Part shown: positions 29,322 through 38,332 of the stretch, one piece after another
Layout of the letters: every line of letters starts with the position of its first letter
Position numbering within the stretch: the first letter of the stretch is position 1
Assembly (NCBI GenBank): GCA_947627445.1
Contig: CANQWA010000008.1
Coordinates: 3,530-67,529, forward strand
Length of the DNA: 64,000 bases
Reading direction: 5' to 3'
DNA from: an uncultured Ruminococcus sp.
GTDB taxonomy: Bacteria; Bacillota; Clostridia; Oscillospirales; Ruminococcaceae
Program-made: the position numbers and the translations under genes
Notes under the pieces: model-generated
Told to the model about the DNA's origin: nothing
Database searches by the model: none
Seen by the model: the letters and a program-made list of their open reading frames with translations, nothing else

Positions 29322-29944
29322 AAACGGCACTGATATTCGGCGGTGCGCCATGTCGGGGAGAGAAGCAGCCTGTGCCTCCGGAGGCGGATCTGGTGATCTG
29401 TGCAGATGCCGGTCTGCGATTGGCGGCGGCAATGGGAATTCAGCCGGATGCGGCAGTGGGGGATTTTGATACATTGGGGATGATACCTACTGGTGTGGCT
29501 GTGGAGTTGTTCCCGCCGGAAAAAGATGATACGGATATGATGCTGGCAGTGAAATACGGACTGGCGCAGGGGTGTGACCGGTTTGTGATCTACGGCGGAC
29601 TGGGCGGTCGGCTGGATCATTTTATGGCAAATCTGCAAATGCTGTCTTTTCTGGCGGAGCGGGGTGCACAGGGAGTTTTGGTGGATGAGAATCACTGGAT
29701 GACCTTGCAGTCCGGTGGAACGACAGTGTGTTATCCCAGGAGAGAGGGAATGGTTTTTTCCTTGTTTGCCATCCATCGGGCATGCGAGGGTGTGACGATT
29801 CGGGGCGTGAAATATCCGTTGGAGAATGGTGTGCTGACGGCGGCGTTTCCGCTGGGCGTCAGTAACAGCATTACGGCGCAGCAGGCAGAGGTTACGGTAG
29901 AAAAAGGGGATCTGCTGGTGATGTATGCCAGAGATGTGCAATAG
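29318..29944 (+). CDS. thiN: Thiamine pyrophosphokinase
   Basis: CADAG, GDFD, EKDDTD, GGRLDH, YPL...LGVSN. Confidence 0.93.
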   Translation: MKTALIFGGAPCRGEKQPVPPEADLVICADAGLRLAAAMGIQPDAAVGDFDTLGMIPTGVAVELFPPEKDDTDMMLAVKYGLAQGCDRFVIYGGLGGRLDHFMANLQMLSFLAERGAQGVLVDENHWMTLQSGGTTVCYPRREGMVFSLFAIHRACEGVTIRGVKYPLENGVLTAAFPLGVSNSITAQQAEVTVEKGDLLVMYARDVQ

Positions 29945-29947
29945 AGA

Positions 29948-29988
29948 GAAAGCTGTATGGTTGGAGAGACTGTACAGCTTTTTTCTTT
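29948..29988 (+). terminator. Intrinsic terminator after thiN
   Basis: AAAGCTGTA...TACAGCTTT stem followed by TTTTCTTT. Confidence 0.85.
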
Positions 29989-30004
29989 GTGCGGGTTTGC
30001 CCTT

Positions 30005-30034
30005 GTTCTAACCTGTCCCATCGCTGCATAAGAT
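30005..30034 (+). promoter_or_regulatory. Possible sigma-E promoter of spoIIIA
   Basis: GTTCTAA, 15 nt, CATAAGAT (CATAnnnT -10 box) just upstream of spoIIIAA. This operon is known to be sigma-E dependent. Confidence 0.45.
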
Positions 30035-30063
30035 AAATCATGACAAAACAGGAGCGAAGCAGT

Positions 30064-30984
30064 ATGAAACAGACAGGAATGACAACCATGCTGCGGTACT
30101 TACCGCCGCCATTACAAAACGCACTGCGCCGGATGCAGTCTTCGGAACTGGAACAGATTCAGGAACTCCGTCTTCGGACAGAAAAACCCATTGGCATTCG
30201 CCTGGACAAAACAGAGTGTTTTCTCACCTCTCACGGGTTTCTTACCACAGATCCCATTTCAGCCGTAACCGTCTCTGCCAAAGACATGGAACAAACCTTT
30301 CAGGCAATCTGCGAATACTCTGTGTACCGCTATACCAAGGAGATCCGGGAAGGCTTTATCACACTCCCCGGAGGCAATCGTGTCGGCATCGCGGGAACCG
30401 CCGTATATCGTGACGGTGAATTGACCGGCATGCGGAGCATCAGCGGACTCAGCTTTCGTGCGGCGCATGAGATCACAGGTTGTGCGGAAGCTCTTTTGGG
30501 ACAAACTGGCGGAGGGATGCCTCAAAGTCTCCTCCTCGCCGGAACAGTGGGTTCCGGAAAAACCACCATGCTCCGGGATCTTTGTCGGCTGCTGGGAAAC
30601 CGCCAACCTGTCACCCTGGTGGACGAGCGCGGCGAAATCGCAGCCATGCACCGGGGAATACCCCGATATGATGTAGGCTGCCATACCGACGTGTTGGATG
30701 GGTTCTCTCGTGCTGAGGGGCTGATGACGGCGCTTCGTGTGCTGACGCCGGCGGTGCTGATCTGCGATGAGATCGGCACTGCGCAGGATGCAGAAGCGAT
30801 TCTGCGTGTCCATGGCTGCGGTGTACCAGTCATCGCATCTGCCCACGGCGCTTCTGTCAGAGATCTGGAACAACGTCAGGCGATCCGCCCGCTGCTGGAA
30901 CAAGGGGTGTTCCGGTATATCGCCGTGCTGGACGAAAAGCGACAAGGCGAATTGAAAACATTCCGGCAGGTGGCGGTGGGATGA
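30064..30984 (+). CDS. spoIIIAA: Stage III sporulation ATPase AA
   Basis: ELRLR..KP, GFITLPGGNRVGIAG, GSGKTTMLRDL.R, VDERGEIA, DEIG. Confidence 0.93.
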   Translation: MKQTGMTTMLRYLPPPLQNALRRMQSSELEQIQELRLRTEKPIGIRLDKTECFLTSHGFLTTDPISAVTVSAKDMEQTFQAICEYSVYRYTKEIREGFITLPGGNRVGIAGTAVYRDGELTGMRSISGLSFRAAHEITGCAEALLGQTGGGMPQSLLLAGTVGSGKTTMLRDLCRLLGNRQPVTLVDERGEIAAMHRGIPRYDVGCHTDVLDGFSRAEGLMTALRVLTPAVLICDEIGTAQDAEAILRVHGCGVPVIASAHGASVRDLEQRQAIRPLLEQGVFRYIAVLDEKRQGELKTFRQVAVG

Positions 30985-31481
30985 AGCTTGTGGGACTTTT
31001 ATTGGTGGTGCTGTGCGGGTTCGGGTCAGGAGCGCTGGCTGCTGGAAAGCTGCGGCAGGAATCCACAGCGGCTGTCCGCATCTGCCAACTGCTCCGGGAA
31101 TGGTCTGTGCAAATGGCGTTCCGGTGCAGTTCTGTGCCAGAGCTTTTGGAACAAACCGAACGGGAAGCTGCCTATCATGGATTTGGATTTCCGGCGGTGA
31201 TGTTACAGGCACTGGCGGAGGGTCAGCCGGTCAGCAGTGCCTGGCAAATCGGTATACAGCAGGAGAATCTGCTGACAGAACCGCTGAAACAGCTTTTGCT
31301 GCCTCTGGGCGATGAGCTTGGAACCAGTGATCTGGAGGGACAGTTGGAAACGCTGGAGCAGTATCGCCGGCATGCGGCAAGCCTGGCGGACGAACTGCGG
31401 CAAAAATCGGCGCCAAAGCAGCGGCTGTATCTCACCATGGGAGCGCTGGGCGGCATCATGGCAGCAATTCTGCTCTGCTGA
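30981..31481 (+). CDS. spoIIIAB: Stage III sporulation protein AB
   Basis: Position, N- and C-terminal TM segments, LGxSDLEGQ motif. Confidence 0.85.
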   Translation: MKLVGLLLVVLCGFGSGALAAGKLRQESTAAVRICQLLREWSVQMAFRCSSVPELLEQTEREAAYHGFGFPAVMLQALAEGQPVSSAWQIGIQQENLLTEPLKQLLLPLGDELGTSDLEGQLETLEQYRRHAASLADELRQKSAPKQRLYLTMGALGGIMAAILLC

Positions 31482-31633
31482 CGGGCACATGGGCACGATC
31501 ACGGCAAGCATTTCGGATAGAGTCAACACGCCCTGGATTCTGATGCCGATCCTCTTCATTCCGATAGATGGATCGATCAGATTTTGGAGGAGTCGTGTGA
31601 GAACTTGTTCTGAAAGGAAAGGACAGAAAAAGC

Positions 31634-31828
31634 ATGGACATTGAACTCATTTTCAAAATCGCCGGTACGGGAATTATTGTGGCGGTGCTGAATCTGGTTT
31701 TGAAACGGGCAGAACGGGAAGAACAGGCAATGATGACAACCCTGGCTGGACTGGTGGTCGTGCTGATGCTGCTCATTGACCAGATCGGTTCGCTCTTTGA
31801 ACGGGTCAAGGCGGTGTTCGGTTTATGA
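31634..31828 (+). CDS. spoIIIAC: Stage III sporulation protein AC
   Basis: MDIELIFKIAG.GIIVAVL..VLKRA.REEQA..TTLAG. Confidence 0.95.
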   Translation: MDIELIFKIAGTGIIVAVLNLVLKRAEREEQAMMTTLAGLVVVLMLLIDQIGSLFERVKAVFGL

Positions 31829-32217
31829 CAGAGGGAACAGCTACAGTTGCAGCCGTCTGCGTCTCAGCAGCGATTCTGGCAACCCTTCTGCGCCAATACT
31901 GCCGGGAACAAGCCATGTTTTGTACCATTGCTGCTTGTATCGCTGTGGGAACAGCGGCACTGCTCTATATGGAGCCGGTGACGGAAAGCGTAGGGGAATT
32001 GTTTTCCCGGACAGGTCTGCCAAAGGGATATCTGAAGATTCTGTGGAAAGCCCTGGGTATCTGCTATGTGACCACCATTGCAGGGGATCTCTGCCAAGAC
32101 TGCGGAGAAACGGCACTGGCACGTGTGGCAGAACTGTGGGGGAGAATTTCCCTGCTGCTGCTCTCTCTGCCTCTGCTGGAAACCCTATTGCAAACCGTGA
32201 CGGAGGTGCTGCCATGA
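31825..32217 (+). CDS. spoIIIAD: Stage III sporulation protein AD
   Basis: YLKILWKALGICYV...DLCQDCGE.ALA. Confidence 0.9.
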   Translation: MTEGTATVAAVCVSAAILATLLRQYCREQAMFCTIAACIAVGTAALLYMEPVTESVGELFSRTGLPKGYLKILWKALGICYVTTIAGDLCQDCGETALARVAELWGRISLLLLSLPLLETLLQTVTEVLP

Positions 32218-33362
32218 AACACTGGATGGTTGGCGTCGTGACCGCACTGCTGTTCACCCTGGGCTGGCTGCTGCTGCCGGAATGTGTCTGTGCAGAGGAA
32301 AGCAGCATGTCGGAAACGCTGTTGCAGGAGAGCGGTGCGGCAGATGTGACGGATGCACTGGACTGGGATGCCAGACAGATTCTGGAAGAACTGGGGATTT
32401 CGGGAGAACATCCGGAGAAAATGGCAGAGACCTTCACGCTGTCATCTGTATGGGACATGCTTACCAGGTTGATGAAAACCTATATTGCTGCGCCTTTGCA
32501 GCTATTGTCCGGTTTGATTGCCGTGATCCTGTTTGCTTCCTTGCTTTCCTGTTTTCACGGGGAAAAGCAGAACGCCTCGCAGCATCTTTTTGAATATTTC
32601 TGTACCCTGGCAGCAGTGACGATCCTGACCCAGCCCCTTTTGTGCAGCTTTTCTGCGGTGGAAGCTTCTCTGCGGCAGGGTGCGGAATTCATGCTGGCGT
32701 TTGTGCCGGTTTTTGTGGGCATCCTGATTGCCGGAGGCACTGCCGGAAGCGCCGTCTGTTATCAGACAGGCGTCATGGCACTGGCAGACGGCGTCATGCA
32801 ATTGATCTGCCGTGTGCTGTTGCCTCTGTGTACGATGAGCTTTGCGCTGGCAATCGTGGATGCCGTGAATCCATCGGTGTCGGTCAGTGGGTTATTGCAA
32901 TTGTCCCGCAAGGCAGTGACATGGAGTCTGGGGCTTTTGATGTCTGTCTTTCTGGGGGTGCTTTCTCTGCAAAGCTGGATGACAGGCAGTGTGGACACTG
33001 CTGCCACCAAGACGACGAAATATATGATCTCCAACTTTGTGCCAGTGGTGGGCAGTGCGGTTTCTGATGCATATGCCACGGTTCGGGGCAGCCTGCAAAT
33101 TTTGCGGAGCGCCACGGGAATCATCGGCATTGCCTCTTTGTGTGTGCTGTTTCTGCCGCCTTTGGTGCAGCTTTTACTGTACCGGGGCGTGATCGGCATT
33201 GGCACGGCTGTGGCGGAACTGTTTGGGGCAGAACGTCTGACCCGACTGCTGAAAGGCACACAGCAGGCACTGGCAATTGCATTTGCATTGCTGGTATGCT
33301 TTGGGGTAATGTTCATTATCGCCACCGCCATTGCAGTGACACTCGGGGAAGGAAGTGTATAG
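32214..33362 (+). CDS. spoIIIAE: Stage III sporulation protein AE
   Basis: Polytopic membrane protein with KY.ISNFVPVVG.AVSDA motif. Start set to ATG 32214. Confidence 0.9.
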   Translation: MKHWMVGVVTALLFTLGWLLLPECVCAEESSMSETLLQESGAADVTDALDWDARQILEELGISGEHPEKMAETFTLSSVWDMLTRLMKTYIAAPLQLLSGLIAVILFASLLSCFHGEKQNASQHLFEYFCTLAAVTILTQPLLCSFSAVEASLRQGAEFMLAFVPVFVGILIAGGTAGSAVCYQTGVMALADGVMQLICRVLLPLCTMSFALAIVDAVNPSVSVSGLLQLSRKAVTWSLGLLMSVFLGVLSLQSWMTGSVDTAATKTTKYMISNFVPVVGSAVSDAYATVRGSLQILRSATGIIGIASLCVLFLPPLVQLLLYRGVIGIGTAVAELFGAERLTRLLKGTQQALAIAFALLVCFGVMFIIATAIAVTLGEGSV

Positions 33363-33365
33363 CGT

Positions 33366-33827
33366 ATGGAAAAAGCCCAGGCGATCGTTCTCATCACCTG
33401 TGTCATCAGTGTGCTTTCCGGTGTGATGGATGCGTTAAAGCCGGATCATCGCTTCGACAAGCAGCTTCGTCTGCTGCTCAGCGTGGTGTTTGTGCTGGCA
33501 GTTCTCACGCCGTTTGCCGGCGGAGCGAGACAGTTCCGGCTGCATTGGAACAGTGGGGAGACATTTTCCTCAGATGCTCTGGCAAATGCTGCGGCAGAGG
33601 AGACGAAAACGGCTGCTGCCAGAAATCTGGAAGCTGCGTTGACGGAAATTCTGGCAGAAGGCGGTGTTCCGGGGGCAAGCCTTCAGGTAGTCATGCATAC
33701 AACCGAGGATGGCAGCATAGATATAGAACAAGTCACGGCATTCTGCTCCGATACCGAAACTGCATCCAGGCTGCTGACCCAATGTTTGGGCGAGGAGGTG
33801 AAAATCCATGTGGAAACAGCTTCGTGA
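33366..33827 (+). CDS. spoIIIAF: Stage III sporulation protein AF
   Basis: Position, two N-terminal TM helices, LxP...F.KQLRLLL.V pattern. Confidence 0.75.
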   Translation: MEKAQAIVLITCVISVLSGVMDALKPDHRFDKQLRLLLSVVFVLAVLTPFAGGARQFRLHWNSGETFSSDALANAAAEETKTAAARNLEAALTEILAEGGVPGASLQVVMHTTEDGSIDIEQVTAFCSDTETASRLLTQCLGEEVKIHVETAS

Positions 33828-34374
33828 AAAAGGAAAGCGTTGGCTGAAAGGAGAACGGGGCATACGGTTGGTGGTGCTGGCTGGTGTGGTCGGCATGGCA
33901 TTGATCCTGTTATCCAGTCTTTACCCGGAGAAACAGGAGAAACGTCAGACGAAATCGGTGCAGACGGATGCGGGGCAGACAGACCATGTACAGGCATATT
34001 GCGATGACCTGGAGCAGCAGCTGACAGACACCCTGAAACAGATAGAGGGTGTGGGAAATTGTCAGGTCATGCTGACAGCCGGCAGCACGGCGGAAACGGT
34101 GTATGTGCAGGACGAAGAACAGGACACGGCGGACAACCGGATTCAGTCCCAGAAAAAAACCGTTTTGATCTCGGACAGCGGCGGAGAAAGCGCCTTGGTG
34201 CAGAGAGTGCTTCAGCCTCAGATCAGCGGTGTGATCGTGGTTTGCGACGGTGCAGCCTCGTCTGTGGTGCAGGAGCGTGTCAGCCGGGCTGTACAGGCTG
34301 TACTGGATCTGCCGGCATATCGGGTTTGTATTGTGCCCTTCCAGAAGCAAGAAGATGAGAGCGTGTTCCCATAA
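33808..34374 (+). CDS. spoIIIAG: Stage III sporulation protein AG
   Basis: LE.QL...L.QIEGVG...VMLT and P.ISGVIVVCDGA....V...V..AVQA.L.LP..RV. Confidence 0.92.
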   Translation: MWKQLREKGKRWLKGERGIRLVVLAGVVGMALILLSSLYPEKQEKRQTKSVQTDAGQTDHVQAYCDDLEQQLTDTLKQIEGVGNCQVMLTAGSTAETVYVQDEEQDTADNRIQSQKKTVLISDSGGESALVQRVLQPQISGVIVVCDGAASSVVQERVSRAVQAVLDLPAYRVCIVPFQKQEDESVFP

Positions 34375-34547
34375 GGCAAACCCGCACAAAGAGCGCCTAA
34401 CGGCTTTGCACGTCATCTGCTTGCGTATTTTCCGTCATATTTCACCAAAATGCTCGTGAATACACCAAGTATTCACTGCGCTTTTGGTTTCATCTGACGA
34501 AAAATCTGACGGCGCATCTGACGCACCATCTTTGTGCGGATTTGCCG
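34374..34547. mobile_element. MITE-like element, family A (~174 bp)
   Basis: 18-bp terminal inverted repeats GGCAAACCCGCACAAAGA (34375-34392) / TCTTTGTGCGGATTTGCC (34529-34546), 17/18 match. TA/TAA flanks; the left flank is the spoIIIAG stop codon. Nested internal hairpin GTGAATAC/GTATTCAC. Confidence 0.7.
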
Positions 34548-34550
34548 TAA

Positions 34551-34640
34551 GGCACGTCTTTCCGGCAAATTTTCTCGACGCAGGCTGCGGATAATTCTGC
34601 CAACAAAAAGATGCGTTTTAGGCTGAGCGTCAACACGCCC
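34551..34640. repeat. Partial copy of the family-B MITE at 53310-53469 (reverse orientation)
   Basis: 34562-34640 aligns by eye to the reverse complement of 53310-53385 with 8 mismatches and a 3-nt indel. It ends in GCGTCAACACGCCC. Confidence 0.75.
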
Positions 34641-34672
34641 GAGTATACACAAACACAGAAAGGAATCATCTT

Positions 34673-35302
34673 ATGAAAAAACCATCCTTGATTATTGGAA
34701 AAAAACAGATCATTTTGTCCTGCCTGACACTGATGCTGGCAATTGCTGTCTATGTGAATTATGCCATGTCAGACGGCGATCTGAAAACGGCGGAGATCCA
34801 GAAGGAGGACGGTATCACCTACGGCGATACGGCTTTTGTCAACGCCGAAGCGCAGCCTCCTGCGGCAACCGCCACAGAACAGGAAGAACCGCATTCCACC
34901 GCTGCTATCAGTGAAGCGGATATCACCGCAGAAATGGAGGCAGCAGATACCGCAGCGGATTATTTTGCGCAGGCTCGCTTGCAGCGTACCGTCAGCCGGG
35001 ATGAGACTGTGGCGACTTTGCAATCCATCTTAGGCGGCGGCGACCGCACAGAGGATGAGCTGGTTACCGATGCCATTGCTGCGGTAGAGACATCCAAACT
35101 CATTGAGAGTGAGAGCAACATTGAGTCTCTGGTGAAAGCCCAGGGCTATTCGGATTGCATTGTTTATCTGGATGGCGACAGTGCCAAGGTCGTGGTGCAG
35201 ACTGACGGGCTGAATGCGGCACAGGCGGCTGCCATTAAAGATGTGATTCTGGGGGAGGTTTCGGTCGCCGCAGAAAATATCCGAATTTTTGAAGTAAAAT
35301 AG
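34673..35302 (+). CDS. spoIIIAH: Stage III sporulation protein AH
   Basis: L.LM.AIAVYVNY, YFAQARLQR...RDE, E..IESLVKAQGY.DCIV. Confidence 0.92.
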   Translation: MKKPSLIIGKKQIILSCLTLMLAIAVYVNYAMSDGDLKTAEIQKEDGITYGDTAFVNAEAQPPAATATEQEEPHSTAAISEADITAEMEAADTAADYFAQARLQRTVSRDETVATLQSILGGGDRTEDELVTDAIAAVETSKLIESESNIESLVKAQGYSDCIVYLDGDSAKVVVQTDGLNAAQAAAIKDVILGEVSVAAENIRIFEVK

Positions 35303-35331
35303 TTGTCTTTTTCTTGTTTTTTTGGTATAAT
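35303..35331 (+). promoter_or_regulatory. Sigma-A promoter upstream of the nusB operon
   Basis: TTGTCT, 17 nt, TATAAT with a TG extension. Confidence 0.75.
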
Positions 35332-35445
35332 AGAAGAAAGAACTGATTTTGACGGTCTGAGAACCGGCAGCAAAATTCACGAAATTCTTTCTGAAATGTC
35401 GATTTGTTCGGCCATACCAAAAGAAATCAAAGTGAAATGTGATCT

Positions 35446-35480
35446 GCTGCTGTATGTTTTCATATAGCAGCTTTTCTTTT
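35446..35480 (+). terminator. Intrinsic terminator inside the nusB leader
   Basis: 11-bp stem GCTGCTGTATG/CATATAGCAGC followed by TTTTCTTTT. Confidence 0.75.
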
Positions 35481-35547
35481 GGCGGAAATCATATTTGAGG
35501 GAAAAAGACTGTATGGGATACGGAAGCTTGAAAATCTGGAGGATGTT

Positions 35548-36003
35548 ATGACAAAAAATCAAAAGCATAAAAATCGGGAATATGCATTTTTGCTGCTCTA
35601 CGAGGCAATCATGCGGTCAGAGGAATTGCAAACGGTGGAGGATCTATATGCTTCCACAGAGGAAATGCTGGAACTGCCTATACCGGAACAGGTGAAGAAG
35701 CTTGTGTTCGGCGTCATGACCCAGGCGGAAGAACTGGACGCCATTATCGAAGCCCACAGCAAGCAGCGCAGTCTGAAACGTGTGCCGATGATCAATCGCA
35801 CCATTCTGCGGCTGGCACTGTATGAACTGCGCAACATACCGGAGACCCCCGTGAACGTGGTGATCAGTGAGGCGGTAGCGTTGTCTCAGGGATATGCATA
35901 TTCAGAGGATACGGCTTTTATCAACGGTGTGCTGGGTACTTATGCACGCTCGATGCAGCCGGCAAGGGAGGCGGGATCGGATGTCGCTGATTCTGGGGAT
36001 TGA
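35548..36003 (+). CDS. nusB: Transcription antitermination factor NusB
   Basis: R.YAF.LLYE, R...INRTILRLALYEL, P.NVVISEAV.L...Y, AFINGVLG. Start set to ATG 35548 after GGAGG. Confidence 0.93.
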   Translation: MTKNQKHKNREYAFLLLYEAIMRSEELQTVEDLYASTEEMLELPIPEQVKKLVFGVMTQAEELDAIIEAHSKQRSLKRVPMINRTILRLALYELRNIPETPVNVVISEAVALSQGYAYSEDTAFINGVLGTYARSMQPAREAGSDVADSGD

Positions 36004-36937
36004 TACCAGCAATTACACCACTTCCACGGCTGTGCTGGATATGGACACCGGAGAAATCTTGCAGGAAAAGCAGCTGCTTCCTGTCAAGCCGGGAGAGGCG
36101 GGTCTGCGGCAAAGCGATGCCGTGTTTCATCATACCCGGCAGCTTCCGGAGCTGATAGAACGGCAGGCGGTACGGCTCGCACAGGATAGACTCTGTGCAG
36201 TCTCGGCTTCTGCACGCCCCAGGAATGTGGAAGGCTCCTATATGCCCTGTTTTCTCACAGGGCTTGGAACGGCACGGTCGCTGGCAGCAGCGGCAAATAT
36301 TCCTCTGCATACCACATCGCATCAGATGGGGCATGTGCTGGCGGCGCTGTATTCCGCTGGAAAACTTGCTCTGCTGAGGCAGTCATTTCTGGCATTTCAT
36401 GTCAGCGGCGGAACGACAGACTTGCTCTATTGTGAGCCGGATGCAACAGACCTCTTGAAAATCACCTCCTGCGGTGCTTCTCTGGATCTGAAAGCCGGAC
36501 AGGTGATTGACAGGGTGGGTTTGATGCTGGGTTTGTCGTTTCCCTGCGGCAAGGCGCTGGAACAGTTGGCAGTGCAGAGCAAAAGAGAGTTTCGTGTCCG
36601 CCCAGTGATTCGCAGGATGGATTGCTGCCTTTCCGGCTTGGAGAATCAGTGCCGTGATATGGTGCAAAACCATCAGCCGTCGGAGGATGTTGCTAAATTC
36701 TGTCTGCTGACGATAGGCGAGACAGTTGCAGCCATGACAGCGGCGGCACAGAAACAATACGGAAAGCTGACGGTGGTCTATGCCGGGGGCGTGATGTCCA
36801 ACCGGCTGATACGCCCTATGCTGTCATCGTATGGTGAGGCGTGCTTTGCAGAGCCGGATTTTGCCTGTGACAATGCCGCTGGTATCGCCATCTACGGGGC
36901 ATGGCAGGAAAAGAGAGGTGTGTTGTGGCAATTTTAA
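35981..36937 (+). CDS. TsaD/Kae1-like (M22 family) paralogue
   Basis: LGIDTSNYTTS, LRQSDAVFHH, SHQMGH (HxxxH), HVSGGTT, AGQVIDRVG, DNAAGIA. Confidence 0.85.
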   Translation: MSLILGIDTSNYTTSTAVLDMDTGEILQEKQLLPVKPGEAGLRQSDAVFHHTRQLPELIERQAVRLAQDRLCAVSASARPRNVEGSYMPCFLTGLGTARSLAAAANIPLHTTSHQMGHVLAALYSAGKLALLRQSFLAFHVSGGTTDLLYCEPDATDLLKITSCGASLDLKAGQVIDRVGLMLGLSFPCGKALEQLAVQSKREFRVRPVIRRMDCCLSGLENQCRDMVQNHQPSEDVAKFCLLTIGETVAAMTAAAQKQYGKLTVVYAGGVMSNRLIRPMLSSYGEACFAEPDFACDNAAGIAIYGAWQEKRGVLWQF

Positions 36938-38106
36938 GCGTGACCCAGCTGAATCGCTATGTGGGGTTTCGGCTGAAGGAAGATAAAGCCCTGCAGGGCA
37001 TATTGGTACGGGGTGAGATCACCAATTTTACCAATCACTTTCGCTCAGGGCATTTGTATTTTACCCTCCGGGACGGAGAAAGCGGCGTCAAAGCCGTGAT
37101 GTTCCGCAGCAATGCCCAGCGGCTGAAATGCATACCAGAAGAGGGCATGACGGTTATTGTGGCAGCAACGGCTTCTTTGTATGAGCGTGACGGTGCATTT
37201 CAGCTATACGTGACGGATTTGCAGCCGGATGGTGCAGGGGCACAGGCTTTGGCATTAGAGCAGCTGAAAAAGAAGCTGACGGCAATGGGGGTGTTTGACA
37301 CGGCAGCCAAGCGCCCGATTCCCTCTATGCCGGAAAGAATCGGTGTGATCACATCTGACACCGGTGCGGCGTTGCAGGATGTGATTCACGTGATTCGCCG
37401 CAGATATCCCATAGGTACGCTGGCAGTCTATCCGGCACAGGTGCAGGGAGACAAGGCGGCAGATTCGATTTGCCTTGCCATTCTGGCAGCGGAGCAAGGG
37501 GGATGTGATGTGCTGATTGTGGGACGGGGCGGCGGCGCTTCGGAGGATCTACAGGCATTTCAGACGGAGCAGGTGGTTATGGCAGTCTACAACTGTACCG
37601 TGCCTGTGATCTCGGCAGTGGGACATGAAACCGACTGGACGCTGACCGATGCGGCGGCAGATCTCCGTGCCCCCACGCCTTCCGCGGCGGCGGAGATGGC
37701 AGTGCCGGATATCCGGCAATTGATGCAAAATATACAGGAGTATTCCCGGAGAATGACAGCGGCAGCAGAGGGGACTCTGGAACGCTGCCAAAGGGAATGG
37801 GATCGATTACAGGATCGTGTCAGGCTGCAATCACCGGCGCATCGGCAGACCATGGCACAGGAAGATCTGAATCGTCTGACAGAACGATTACAGGCAGGCA
37901 GTGTCCGGTTGCTGGAGGGTTGGCAGAATGAGCTGATGCAGATTGCGGCAAAGCTGGATCTGCTCAGTCCCCTGAAAATTTTGGGACGGGGATATGCCCT
38001 GGCGTATCACGGGGACACCTTGGTGAGATCTGCGGCGCAGGTGAGATCCGGTGACAGACTGCGGCTGCGACTGGCTGAGGGTGAAATTGAAGCGGAGGTG
38101 CAGTGA
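36925..38106 (+). CDS. xseA: Exodeoxyribonuclease VII large subunit
   Basis: GEITNF, SGHLYFTLRD, GRGGG..EDL.AF, SAVGHETD.TL.D.AAD.RAPTPSAAAE. Confidence 0.96.
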   Translation: MAILSVTQLNRYVGFRLKEDKALQGILVRGEITNFTNHFRSGHLYFTLRDGESGVKAVMFRSNAQRLKCIPEEGMTVIVAATASLYERDGAFQLYVTDLQPDGAGAQALALEQLKKKLTAMGVFDTAAKRPIPSMPERIGVITSDTGAALQDVIHVIRRRYPIGTLAVYPAQVQGDKAADSICLAILAAEQGGCDVLIVGRGGGASEDLQAFQTEQVVMAVYNCTVPVISAVGHETDWTLTDAAADLRAPTPSAAAEMAVPDIRQLMQNIQEYSRRMTAAAEGTLERCQREWDRLQDRVRLQSPAHRQTMAQEDLNRLTERLQAGSVRLLEGWQNELMQIAAKLDLLSPLKILGRGYALAYHGDTLVRSAAQVRSGDRLRLRLAEGEIEAEVQ

Positions 38107-38107
38107 G

Positions 38108-38332
38108 ATGGCATTTGAAGAACATATGAAACAGCTCCGTGAGCTGACACAAAAGCTGGAACAGGGGAATCTGCCCCTGGAAGAAGCCGTGACCACATAT
38201 ACAGAAGGTATGAAGCTGGCGGCGAAATGTCAGAAAGAATTACAGACGGCAAAGCTGAAAATAGAAAAGCAGACCACCCTGGTACAGAAGGAGGACAAGA
38301 CAGATGGAAGCGAAGTTTCAACAGCATCTTGA
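38108..38332 (+). CDS. xseB: Exodeoxyribonuclease VII small subunit
   Basis: FEE.MKQL.EL..KLEQG.LPLEEA...Y.EGM.L. Confidence 0.92.
   Translation: MAFEEHMKQLRELTQKLEQGNLPLEEAVTTYTEGMKLAAKCQKELQTAKLKIEKQTTLVQKEDKTDGSEVSTAS

Noticed and set aside
34375-34420. GGCAAACC as a c-di-GMP-I riboswitch
   Set aside because: No GNRA tetraloop and no GACGCAAA(G/A)C segment; it is a terminal inverted repeat.
35353-35366. CTGAGA loop as a TPP riboswitch
   Set aside because: The other TPP aptamer elements are missing.
35396-35467. 23-codon ORF (MSICSAIPKEIK...) in the nusB leader as a leader peptide
   Set aside because: No RBS and no telling codon runs.
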